A DNA stretch of 34,910 nt from a virus. Its lineage: Duplodnaviria; Caudoviricetes. The notes under the pieces are model-generated. The model did not search any database. It was not told where the DNA came from and saw nothing but the letters and a program-made list of their open reading frames with translations. A program made the position numbers and the translations under genes. Below are positions 8,557-17,015 of this stretch, one piece after another. How positions within the stretch are numbered: the first letter of the stretch is position 1; each line of letters begins with the position of its first letter. The stretch covers positions 1-34,910 of IMG/VR virus record IMGVR_UViG_3300032327_000819; one strand, written 5' to 3'.

Positions 8557-10122
8557 ATGGCAATTCAAACAATCCCAGGTTTAACTGGTTTTACGTATGC
8601 GAGAGTAGCCTCTATGGATAAGCGTGCTGTAGGTAAGCTTACTGATGCTAATCACCTAGAGAGCTTTCACAGCACTGAACCAGCAGACTATGACAAAAAG
8701 ATCATTAGTCTTTACACACAGAGCTCATTGTATAGCAATGATTTCTTGGACATGATTAACAAGAGCACACCTTATTACATCGATAATAATAGTGATGCTT
8801 GGAAATGGCAAGTGGCTGTTCCTTACAAGTTTCCAAAAATCATTGACATCCCAACATCTACTAGTGACATTTTAAGTGGAACTGGTAAAGTGGGTATCGA
8901 TGGTCAAGAGTTTTCTCTTGTTTTGGACACTAACGAATTCTCTAAGAACGCTATCGTTTCTGTGGGTTCTCGTCAATATGGTCCTCGTTTCTACGTTATT
9001 AAAGATCCAGTTCCTTGGAACATGGGATATTTATATAGCTTCACTTTGGTAACTGACAATCCAACAGTAGATTTCGTTAGTTCTACATTCTTACAATATG
9101 GTATTGAATTAGAATTGGTTGATGCTGCAATTGGTGAGTTTGATCAAGATTTATTAGGATTACCTCGTTTGGGTGAGCAAATCACAATGTTTGAATCTTT
9201 GGGTTCTGCATATGGTTATGAGCACAAAATCACTGAGTGGGCTGATGACAAAATGATGAAAGATGCTTCTGGCAAACCTTTGGATATTTTGGTGTATGCT
9301 CCTCAACGCAGAAACCAATTACCTTTAACTCGTAATGATGTTAAATGGGAACCATTCATTGAGTTCTGGATGCGTAAATCAATGTTGGAATTGAAAGTTA
9401 AGCGTATGATCTGGTCTAAACCAGGTACTGTTAAAACTAACGGTTCTAAGCAAGAATTGAAGCGTACATCTGCTGGTGTTTACCACAGAATGCGTAACAA
9501 TGGTAACTTGGTTCAATACAATCGTGGTGAGTTCTCTGCTAACTTGATCAGAAGCGTGTTTGGAGATTTGTTCTACAGACGTGTGGATGTTAAAGATCGT
9601 AAGGTTAAAATGTATACTAACGAAGCTGGATTTGATGTATTCCAACAAGCTTTGAAGGCTGACGCTTTAAACAGTGGCTTGACTTTCATGGCTGATTCTG
9701 GAAATCGTTACATGCAAGGAGAAGGTCAACACATCACTTATAACTTTGCATTCGATGCAATGGTTACACGTGAAACAGGTCGTGTTGAGTTGATTCACTT
9801 GAAAGAACTTGATTTGCCACAATCTAACTTGGAATTCGGTCAAAACAAAAAGTCTACTCCTGTATTCATGGTGTTTGATGTTTCTCCAATGAGCGATGGT
9901 TCAATGGTAAACAACATCAGAGAAGTGAGAATGAAAGGTGCTCCTTCTATGACTTGGGGATATATTGATGGTACTCGTCACCACTTAGGTTTTGCTAAGT
10001 CTCAGGGTATGAGTTCTGCTAACAAATTCCCAGGATATGAAATCTGGATGAAAGACCGTTGTGATGTATTTATCGAAGATTTATCTCGCACTGTGTTAAT
10101 CGAAGAGATTCCACAATTCTAA
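8557..10122 (+). CDS. Major capsid protein (HK97 fold, crAss-like)
   Basis: 521 aa with strongly biased high-expression codons (CGT, AAC, TTC, ATC). It occupies the canonical position after the scaffold, and its size is typical of crAss-like MCPs. Confidence 0.85.
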   Translation: MAIQTIPGLTGFTYARVASMDKRAVGKLTDANHLESFHSTEPADYDKKIISLYTQSSLYSNDFLDMINKSTPYYIDNNSDAWKWQVAVPYKFPKIIDIPTSTSDILSGTGKVGIDGQEFSLVLDTNEFSKNAIVSVGSRQYGPRFYVIKDPVPWNMGYLYSFTLVTDNPTVDFVSSTFLQYGIELELVDAAIGEFDQDLLGLPRLGEQITMFESLGSAYGYEHKITEWADDKMMKDASGKPLDILVYAPQRRNQLPLTRNDVKWEPFIEFWMRKSMLELKVKRMIWSKPGTVKTNGSKQELKRTSAGVYHRMRNNGNLVQYNRGEFSANLIRSVFGDLFYRRVDVKDRKVKMYTNEAGFDVFQQALKADALNSGLTFMADSGNRYMQGEGQHITYNFAFDAMVTRETGRVELIHLKELDLPQSNLEFGQNKKSTPVFMVFDVSPMSDGSMVNNIREVRMKGAPSMTWGYIDGTRHHLGFAKSQGMSSANKFPGYEIWMKDRCDVFIEDLSRTVLIEEIPQF

Positions 10123-10131
10123 TAACCTACC

Positions 10132-10173
10132 AAGAAGAGCTCCACACCCTTCCCACCAAGTGGGGCTCTTCTT
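10132..10173 (+). terminator. Strong hairpin after the MCP gene (terminator or mRNA 3' stabiliser)
   Basis: AAGAAGAGCTCCAC (10132-10145) pairs with GTGGGGCTCTTCTT (10160-10173): 14 bp with one G-U. The U-tract is weak. Confidence 0.6.
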
Positions 10174-10242
10174 ATCTATACAGAGATTTGAATTGGGGAA
10201 TTCCCAATTGCTAGAACTTCGATGTTCACTTCTCTGCAAATT

Positions 10243-10274
10243 AAACCAATAAAACAAAAAACAACTACATATGG
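10243..10274 (+). repeat. Leader motif copy 2 (see 7250-7278)
   Basis: AAACCAATAAAACAAAAAACAACTACATATGG, ending at ATG 10271. Confidence 0.75.
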
Positions 10275-11239
10275 GCAGAATGGGCAAAGTTTCCACTATT
10301 AAGAAAGAGTATAACAACTCTCAATTACAAACCATGCAAGGTGGCTTAGCTACCAAAGGTTTAACAAGAATTCCTGGTACAGGTGTATTCAAGTATCCTT
10401 ACAAAGAACTTGATGGACAGTATAGAACAGGACTTGATCCAAACGCTTCTTACATAAGAAGGATTCAAGATCCTTTAGAAAAAGAAATGGAGATTGAGCG
10501 TGTAACAGAACTCAAGGCAAAACTTGAGATGGCTTTAGGAGATATTGATCTTGGTCCTCGTTCCTCTTTTTGGAATTACGGACTCTCAACCTCTTCAGAA
10601 GATTCACAACATGTTCAACCAGTTAAACTATTAGATGGTGACAACTTCTTCGATCTTAATATTCCTTTTCAGGAATTAGCATTTGCTTGGTTGCGTGTTC
10701 ATCCAACAATTGCAAGCTCTTATCAAGCTTGGGAGCGTGGTGAATTTGCTGCAGAAACTCAGTTCTATGTAGCTGATGAAGAAATTGAAAATGCAGTGGT
10801 GTTCAAGAAGAAACAACTTATCAATAAGGCTATTGTTAAGTTTGATTCTATGACTCCTGAGAAGAAAAGAAAAGTTGCTAGATTGTTAGGACTTCCTGTT
10901 ACAGAAGATACGAAAGAAGAATCTGTTTACAATCAAGTGGACAACATGTTAAAACAAACAGAATTTAAAAATGGTAAATACCAAGGTTTAAATCCTATTG
11001 AAGTTTTTAACAGATTTGCTGACATGAAAGAAAACCTGCTCCATATTAGAGATCTTGTTAAACAAGCAATTGCACATTCAGTGTACAGAGTGAAGCCTAC
11101 AGGAAGAATATACGAAGGTGAATTTGAAATTGCTACAGAGGAAGATGAGTTGATTAAGTTCTTAGCTGATGATGATAATCAAGATGAACTAATCACTCTC
11201 GAACAAAAATTGAAAACTAAAAAAATAGCTTCTGTATGA
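10271..11239 (+). CDS. Conserved crAss-like protein encoded downstream of MCP (function unknown)
   Basis: 322 aa with a helical C-terminal half. The assignment rests on synteny with the conserved post-MCP gene of crAss-like phages. Confidence 0.55.
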   Translation: MGRMGKVSTIKKEYNNSQLQTMQGGLATKGLTRIPGTGVFKYPYKELDGQYRTGLDPNASYIRRIQDPLEKEMEIERVTELKAKLEMALGDIDLGPRSSFWNYGLSTSSEDSQHVQPVKLLDGDNFFDLNIPFQELAFAWLRVHPTIASSYQAWERGEFAAETQFYVADEEIENAVVFKKKQLINKAIVKFDSMTPEKKRKVARLLGLPVTEDTKEESVYNQVDNMLKQTEFKNGKYQGLNPIEVFNRFADMKENLLHIRDLVKQAIAHSVYRVKPTGRIYEGEFEIATEEDELIKFLADDDNQDELITLEQKLKTKKIASV

Positions 11240-11967
11240 TACAAGTAGATAGTTTATTATACAAAATTGATCAGAAACTAAATAAACTATCAACTAACGA
11301 ACATCAACAGATTCAATTAGAAGATAAGATTCTTGCTCTCAATGAGGCCCAAATAAAGTTGATTAAGCAAAAAGTGGATGGTCAAAGTACAAATTCTGGA
11401 TTGGGACTTGACGCTTTTAAAAAGAGATATGAAGACCTTCAAAGTCTTGTAGTTCCTTACAACAATCAACCTTTAGCTCTTACAATAAAGAATGCTGAAA
11501 TAAATCAATGGAAAGCTTCTTTGAATGATTTGGTTCCTAAATATATGTTCTACATTGATAGTTATGTATTAGCAGATAAGGGTAGATGTAAAGATAGAAA
11601 GATTTGGATTAATCGTGATCTTGCAAAACATGGTGACCTTCAGTTTATTTTAAATAACACTCATTATAAGCCATCTTTTGAATATCAAGAAACATTTAAC
11701 TTTCTTTCATCAGATGAGATAAATGTGTTTACAGATGGAACATTTATACCAAAAACTGTATACATTGCTTACATGAGGTATCCTGTATATATTGATAAAG
11801 TGGGATATACAAGATTCGATGGAACACCTTCTGTAGATCAAGATTGTGAATTAGCTACATACCTGGAAGATGAACTCCTAGATCTTACAGTTCAAAACCT
11901 AGCTATGTACACTGAGAATCAATCTGCTGTACAAAGTGCAACATATAGAATACAGACGAACGAATAA
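11236..11967 (+). CDS. Putative tail ring/neck (head-tail adaptor-like) protein
   Basis: LNEAQIKLIK...YMRYP...CEL..YLEDELLDL.V pattern of crAss-like ring proteins, with an ATGA overlap. Confidence 0.6.
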   Translation: MIQVDSLLYKIDQKLNKLSTNEHQQIQLEDKILALNEAQIKLIKQKVDGQSTNSGLGLDAFKKRYEDLQSLVVPYNNQPLALTIKNAEINQWKASLNDLVPKYMFYIDSYVLADKGRCKDRKIWINRDLAKHGDLQFILNNTHYKPSFEYQETFNFLSSDEINVFTDGTFIPKTVYIAYMRYPVYIDKVGYTRFDGTPSVDQDCELATYLEDELLDLTVQNLAMYTENQSAVQSATYRIQTNE

Positions 11968-11993
11968 ATTTTTAACAATTAAATATAAACAAA

Positions 11994-13169
11994 ATGGCTG
12001 ATTTTTCATTAACTACGCTCTTTGTAGTTCCCAGTAGCGTTCCAGGTAGTACACCTATCGCTAGTTCTGGCTCTACACAGAATTTACTCCCAGGTCAAGT
12101 GGGTTTCTTTGATAACACTTACACTTTGGTGAATGCAGGAAGTATTGGTGCTGCTCCTTATTTTTACATTGCACAAGGTAGAACTAACACGTATTTACAA
12201 GGATCTAAGCGTTCTGATAAGATCGCAGGTTCTTTAAATTCTGGTGGTAATGCTAGAGCTAATGTTACAGAATGGTATTCTGTTGTAGGTTGTCCTACAC
12301 CTGCAAACCAAGTAACAGATGTAACAGGATGGACAGTAAAATGTGGTGAAGTGGTAACACTTACATTACGTGCTCACTCTTCTTACATTGACACATTGTA
12401 TTTCAACGGTTTCACTCGTTCAGTGACTGTTCAAGCTCCTTGCTGCGATTGTGGTGGAGATCCTTGTACAGATGTTGATGTTCCAGCTTTGATTGATGCT
12501 TTCATTTTGAAATTGCAACAAAAAGCTTCTGGTATCAACCCAGATAACATCAACTTCAACACATTCTATCAATTCCAAAGAATTGGTAACGATGCTAATG
12601 CAATCTTGCGTATCTCTGGTAAACCATTAACTAAATATGGTCAACCATGTGATGTTGCAGCATTCCCTTACGAATATGACAGAATGTATTTCAGAACATT
12701 CGTTTATTCTGGTCCTGCTACAACTGCTGATTTCATTGTTGCTGATTCTTGTAACCTTGTTGCTACAGCAACTGTAACTCAACGTGCTTCTTACGCAACA
12801 GGTCAAGCTAATGAAATTAAGCAATTGGAAAAGAACTTCTATAGCTACCAAGCTGGTTATTTGAAGCATTTGTATAGAATGGCTGGTTACAATGAGAACT
12901 TTGAATCATGGGTGAGCGATGGTGTTACTTATGACACTTTCTACATCAAATTTAATGAATACGATCGTTCTGCTTACCAGTGGGGTGATTACATTCACGA
13001 AGATTCAATGGTGATCATTGCTGTTCCAAACAACTTAACTGCAACTGTTCAACCAATCTTGGAAGGTGCGTTAGACACTGTAAGTGCTGATAATGCTTGT
13101 ATCACAACTACAAACACAACAACTACAGTATGGCCTTCAACAACAACAACTTCTACATTGATTCCATAA
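11994..13169 (+). CDS. Putative auxiliary capsid/major structural protein with Thr-rich C-terminal tail
   Basis: High-expression codon bias like the MCP, beta-rich sequence, position after the ring gene, and a following terminator. It ends CITTTNTTTTVWPSTTTTSTLIP. Confidence 0.55.
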   Translation: MADFSLTTLFVVPSSVPGSTPIASSGSTQNLLPGQVGFFDNTYTLVNAGSIGAAPYFYIAQGRTNTYLQGSKRSDKIAGSLNSGGNARANVTEWYSVVGCPTPANQVTDVTGWTVKCGEVVTLTLRAHSSYIDTLYFNGFTRSVTVQAPCCDCGGDPCTDVDVPALIDAFILKLQQKASGINPDNINFNTFYQFQRIGNDANAILRISGKPLTKYGQPCDVAAFPYEYDRMYFRTFVYSGPATTADFIVADSCNLVATATVTQRASYATGQANEIKQLEKNFYSYQAGYLKHLYRMAGYNENFESWVSDGVTYDTFYIKFNEYDRSAYQWGDYIHEDSMVIIAVPNNLTATVQPILEGALDTVSADNACITTTNTTTTVWPSTTTTSTLIP

Positions 13170-13194
13170 GGAAGTAATTAGAAATCATATAACC

Positions 13195-13246
13195 TATGCC
13201 AGGGGAAAGAGAGGATATTCTCAAAATCCTCTGGCATATTTATTTT
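13195..13246 (+). terminator. Intrinsic terminator-like extended hairpin
   Basis: TATGCCAGGGGA (13195-13206) pairs with TCCTCTGGCATA (13227-13238), enclosing an inner GAGAG-GATA-TTCTC hairpin, followed by TTTATTTT. Confidence 0.65.
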
Positions 13247-13253
13247 AAGCAAT

Positions 13254-13811
13254 ATGGCAAATTTAAAACTAGACATATTAGTAGTTCCTACATACAATAC
13301 ATTAACGCTTGGTATTGCTGATGCTTCAACCTATCCAACACCACCAACTGCTCCATCTATTGAAATAGTGGTTCCAGGATTTGGAACAGTTACATTACCA
13401 TTTACACCAAACGATTTTAATATATTTAACTCTGCCTCTCTAGGAATATCAAGTGTTGGTGATCCACTGCTTCCTCTTCCTGATGGAGTTTATCAATTAA
13501 AGTATTCTATTAGTCCAGCATATGTTAACTTTGTAGACAAAACAATAATTCGTGTTGAACAGCTACAAGAAAAATTTGATGCAGCATTTATGAAGCTTGA
13601 TATGATGGAATGTGATCTTGCTATCAAGAGACAAGCTAAGGTGGAATTGAACAGTATTTATTTCTTCATACAAGGAGCTGTAGCTGCAGCAAATAATTGT
13701 GCTGTGGAAACATCGAATAGATTATACGATCAAGCTAACAAAATGTTGACTAACTTTGTAAAAAATAATTGCCATTGTTCTGGCACTAATTATGTAACCA
13801 ACTTTTATTAA
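13254..13811 (+). CDS. Putative tail hub/collar protein
   Basis: Beta-rich N-terminal domain (LPDGVY motif) plus a helical C-terminus ending NNCHC. The assignment rests on synteny with crAss-like fibre-docking hub genes. Confidence 0.45.
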   Translation: MANLKLDILVVPTYNTLTLGIADASTYPTPPTAPSIEIVVPGFGTVTLPFTPNDFNIFNSASLGISSVGDPLLPLPDGVYQLKYSISPAYVNFVDKTIIRVEQLQEKFDAAFMKLDMMECDLAIKRQAKVELNSIYFFIQGAVAAANNCAVETSNRLYDQANKMLTNFVKNNCHCSGTNYVTNFY

Positions 13812-13815
13812 TATT

Positions 13816-13968
13816 ATGGCTATCTGTAAAAATTGCGGAAAACAAGTAGGCTGCGGTTGTCAATTAAGCAACGGTCTTTGTGGCACATGTCAAGCAGCAA
13901 TACAAGTAATTAAAAAATTTAAAGATGATGTTATCTCCAAGGCTTACAAACTGTGTGGAATGCTCTAG
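13816..13968 (+). CDS. Small Cys-rich protein (50 aa; not in the ORF track)
   Basis: MAICKNCGKQVGCGCQLSNGLCGTCQAAIQVIKKFKDDVISKAYKLCGML*. Seven Cys including CxxC, CGC and CxxC. It starts 4 nt after the upstream stop. Confidence 0.65.
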   Translation: MAICKNCGKQVGCGCQLSNGLCGTCQAAIQVIKKFKDDVISKAYKLCGML

Positions 13969-14194
13969 CATTTCCACACTTCTTGCTGATATAGATTGTA
14001 GATTGTTTGAACTATCTAAAAATCTATACAACAATGTTGTATTCATTCTAAATCTTCCAGTGCCTATGACTGTAATGAATGATCTTTTAAATTACAAAAG
14101 AATACTTACGTATAAATTATGTAATGAAGATTATGCAAAACAGTATACAGTGGAAATGATTGCTAGTAAAGTTAAACTTTTAAAATTCAAATAA
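13925..14194 (+). CDS. Small helical virion-associated protein (possible second hub protein)
   Basis: Has a CxxC motif, and its stop abuts the ATG of the fibre gene. The start could instead be 13928. Confidence 0.55.
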   Translation: MMLSPRLTNCVECSSISTLLADIDCRLFELSKNLYNNVVFILNLPVPMTVMNDLLNYKRILTYKLCNEDYAKQYTVEMIASKVKLLKFK

Positions 14195-15298
14195 ATGAGT
14201 TGTTCAAATTGTTTCAATGGTTGTTCAGAAATAGTTTCTGATCAATGCGTCAGATATACAGGAATTGATGTTCCTATCCTTGGTATACAAAATGGTGATT
14301 CTCTTTCATATGTAGAGCAAGCTCTTATAACATTCTTAACTTCTACATTGGATGGGTCTGGTATTGTAATCACACTTCCTCCAAATACACTATGTCAAAT
14401 TGTTTCAAGTAATTTACCAACTTGTGGACCTTTGACTGTTTCTGTTTTACTTCAAGCATTAGTTCAATCTGTTTGTCAATTACAAACACAGATTAATACA
14501 ATAAATACATCAGTTGCAACTTTAACTAATCAGATAAGTAGAATCGAAGGTTCTTATTATTTAGGTTGCATTACAGGTACAACTCCTACAGCTGGAACAC
14601 ACGCTGTTCTACAAGCTGTAATATCACAATTATGTTTGTTTATACAAGATGTACAAACAAACTATGTACTACTTTCTGATGTAAATACATTAATTGCAAA
14701 CTATCTTTCCTCTCAAGGAACCTCTACAAAATATTATAACAGAATGATTCCATACACTGTAGTTGAATACTACGGAATTCAAGGAAGTCTTGTAGGACAG
14801 TTTGATCAGACAGGTGCAGGTATTGTAGGAACAGATTGGGAAAAGATTTATTTATGTAATGGTCTTAACGGTACTCCTGATAAAAGAGGTAGAGTTCCAG
14901 TTGGTGTAATCAATGGTATGGGTGGTGGTGCATTAGATCCTGCTGTAGATCCTGCAATCAATCCTACATTTAACCCAAACTATTCTATAAGTGGTGTATT
15001 AAGTAAATCAGGTACAAACTTTATTACACTATCTACACCACAATTACCGTCACACACACATCCAACAACTGTTACAGCAGCTCCACATACACATACTTTT
15101 CCTTTAAGAAGTAATGGAACAGCAGATGGATTTGGTTTTCCTGCTGTTACAGATAACCCTAATGTTGGATATGGATCTGGAATAACAGATCCTGCAACAG
15201 TTACACTAACTGTAGCAAATGGTTCTACAGGTAATAATGCTCCTCATCAAAATAATCAACCAGCACTTGCTTGTTATTATATAATGTATATTCCTTAA
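14195..15298 (+). CDS. Tail fibre protein with phage tail-collar (microcystin-dependent-protein-like) domain
   Basis: IYLCNGLNGTPDKRGRVPVG collar motif, TL.T.QLPSHTH, HTHT and H.N.QP.LA.YYIMY fibre-tip motifs, with a coiled-coil stretch in the middle. Confidence 0.8.
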   Translation: MSCSNCFNGCSEIVSDQCVRYTGIDVPILGIQNGDSLSYVEQALITFLTSTLDGSGIVITLPPNTLCQIVSSNLPTCGPLTVSVLLQALVQSVCQLQTQINTINTSVATLTNQISRIEGSYYLGCITGTTPTAGTHAVLQAVISQLCLFIQDVQTNYVLLSDVNTLIANYLSSQGTSTKYYNRMIPYTVVEYYGIQGSLVGQFDQTGAGIVGTDWEKIYLCNGLNGTPDKRGRVPVGVINGMGGGALDPAVDPAINPTFNPNYSISGVLSKSGTNFITLSTPQLPSHTHPTTVTAAPHTHTFPLRSNGTADGFGFPAVTDNPNVGYGSGITDPATVTLTVANGSTGNNAPHQNNQPALACYYIMYIP

Positions 15299-15315
15299 TT
15301 TTAAAACTAACTATA

Positions 15316-16257
15316 ATGTCTTGTTTACCAGGTATGCCTTGTTATGGAAATGTTCATGCTACCTACCCTAGAGGTTGTGGAATTGATCCTTGTCATGTTC
15401 ATAAAACTAGTACAGATCTTGTCTTTTATACAGGACCAAATCTTCCATGTATAAATATAGGGACATGTGATAACACATCATTGGCATTACAAAAAATAGA
15501 TAATTTGATTTGTCCTGAAAACATGGCACTAGCAATATTGTCTGCTATTTCAACAAATACATCTTTGAGAAATATGTTTTGTAATTTAGTGACAGGATGT
15601 ATTCCTACCACTACAAGTACATCAACATTATTTCCACCAGTTACAACAACAACATCTTCTTCATCATCTTCTTCAACAAGCACATCGTCTAGTAGCACTT
15701 CTACAAGTAGTTCTAGTACATCAGCTCTTCCTTGTTCTACATATTCTATAAATAATGAAGGTGCTGGATCTGTTACAATAAATTATACAAATTGTAATGG
15801 TGTACCATCTCAAATATTAGGACTTAGAGTAGGAAGAACGATACAAATGTGTGCTCTACCTGGATCTATTGTAAATCAAGCAGATGTGACCATTATACTA
15901 TTAAATAGTGTTTGTAATCCTTATTCTCAAGTTTATGTAAATAACAGTAGCGCAGCTTCTGCAAGAATAAACACTATTACACTAAGTTCATCAACAGTTA
16001 TATTAGGAAACCCCTATCCTATTCTACCAGGAATATCTAGCAATGGATTATTTGCAAACGGAAACTATGTACTATCTGTTAACATAACTGGCTCATCTTT
16101 AGGACAGTCAATAAGTGTTATAGATTCAAACTCAACATTACAATGTTTAGGTATAATAGGAGATGGAAACTATGTTTTCCCAATAAACGTAGCATTAGAT
16201 GATTCTATTTCTTTCTCTTCTAATTTCACCATCACACTACGTGATACCCCTTGTTAA
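15316..16257 (+). CDS. Putative fibre/decoration protein: Cys-rich anchor, Ser/Thr linker and two small beta domains (313 aa)
   Basis: ATG at 15316 has an A-rich leader and is preferred over TTG at 15271. The N-terminus resembles that of 14195..15298, followed by a long S/T tract. Confidence 0.6.
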   Translation: MSCLPGMPCYGNVHATYPRGCGIDPCHVHKTSTDLVFYTGPNLPCINIGTCDNTSLALQKIDNLICPENMALAILSAISTNTSLRNMFCNLVTGCIPTTTSTSTLFPPVTTTTSSSSSSSTSTSSSSTSTSSSSTSALPCSTYSINNEGAGSVTINYTNCNGVPSQILGLRVGRTIQMCALPGSIVNQADVTIILLNSVCNPYSQVYVNNSSAASARINTITLSSSTVILGNPYPILPGISSNGLFANGNYVLSVNITGSSLGQSISVIDSNSTLQCLGIIGDGNYVFPINVALDDSISFSSNFTITLRDTPC

Positions 16258-16276
16258 TAATTAAAAACCAAAAAAT

Positions 16277-16846
16277 ATGATTTCAGCAACAATCTCATTA
16301 CTTTCAGCAGGAGCTGATGCAGGACCTTTTGATATCTTTTCTGATGTAGATACATACACTGTACCTTTTGAGGTGGGTGTTTCAAAAGCAAGTCTTCTTG
16401 CAGGATATTTTACAACACAAATTCCAGATGGAACAAGCAATATAAGAGTTTGCTCTACAGGAGTGTGTCAAAACTGTGTTGATATAACTGTATCATTTAC
16501 AACAACTAGTTCAACATCAACCATATCATCAACAACAGAAATAACCATCATAAACAATACAGTTGGTGTTACATATGATACAATAGTTATGGATTCAACA
16601 ATATTACCTCCTGGTCCTGGACTATATCCAAACCCTGGTGGAAATATATATCTAACATCATTTGCAAGTGGAATTTACAATGTAACAGTTACACTAAACA
16701 ATGTTCCTAACAACAATACTACAGTAACAATAGATGATGGAGACCTCATACAATTATTTGTATATCCTGCAGGCATATCGGTTTCACATTCCTTCATAGG
16801 TGTAAACTTATCTGGACTTCCTACAACTATCACTGTTGGAGTCTAA
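16277..16846 (+). CDS. Two-domain beta-rich putative virion decoration protein
   Basis: The N-domain resembles the N-terminus of 29945..30826 and the C-domain resembles the C-terminus of 15316..16257, with a T/S linker between them. Confidence 0.6.
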   Translation: MISATISLLSAGADAGPFDIFSDVDTYTVPFEVGVSKASLLAGYFTTQIPDGTSNIRVCSTGVCQNCVDITVSFTTTSSTSTISSTTEITIINNTVGVTYDTIVMDSTILPPGPGLYPNPGGNIYLTSFASGIYNVTVTLNNVPNNNTTVTIDDGDLIQLFVYPAGISVSHSFIGVNLSGLPTTITVGV

Positions 16847-16882
16847 ACTTATAAACCCTGTTTTGTTGGTTTTACAGGGAGT

Positions 16883-16912
16883 CCCCTAATGTTTCTACAT
16901 TGGGGGTTTTTT
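16883..16912 (+). terminator. Rho-independent terminator
   Basis: CCCCTAATGT-ttct-ACATTGGGGG 10-bp stem followed by TTTTTT. A second small hairpin CCCTGT/ACAGGG lies just upstream at 16856-16879. Confidence 0.85.
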
Positions 16913-16956
16913 ATAATTAGTTTGGTTAATCTATATAATTAGGTTAGTTAAAATAA

Positions 16957-16988
16957 TTTGGTATATTTAAATAAAAACTTTATCTTTA
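16957..16988 (+). promoter_or_regulatory. Bacteroidota sigma70-type promoter-like site upstream of the phosphoesterase/tail genes
   Basis: TTTG (16957-16960), a 20-nt spacer, then TATCTTTA (16981-16988), directly after a terminator. Confidence 0.6.
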
Positions 16989-17015
16989 GGCTAATTTAAT
17001 CAATAAAACCTATAT

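Noticed and set aside
2009-10122. Introns or inteins in TerL, portal or MCP
   Set aside because: All three are single ORFs of ordinary length for the family with no evident insertion.
10181-10236. tRNA, suggested by a TTCGA loop
   Set aside because: Too short, with no D-arm/anticodon cloverleaf, no 7-bp acceptor stem and a 6-nt rather than 7-nt loop. It is kept only as a structured element.
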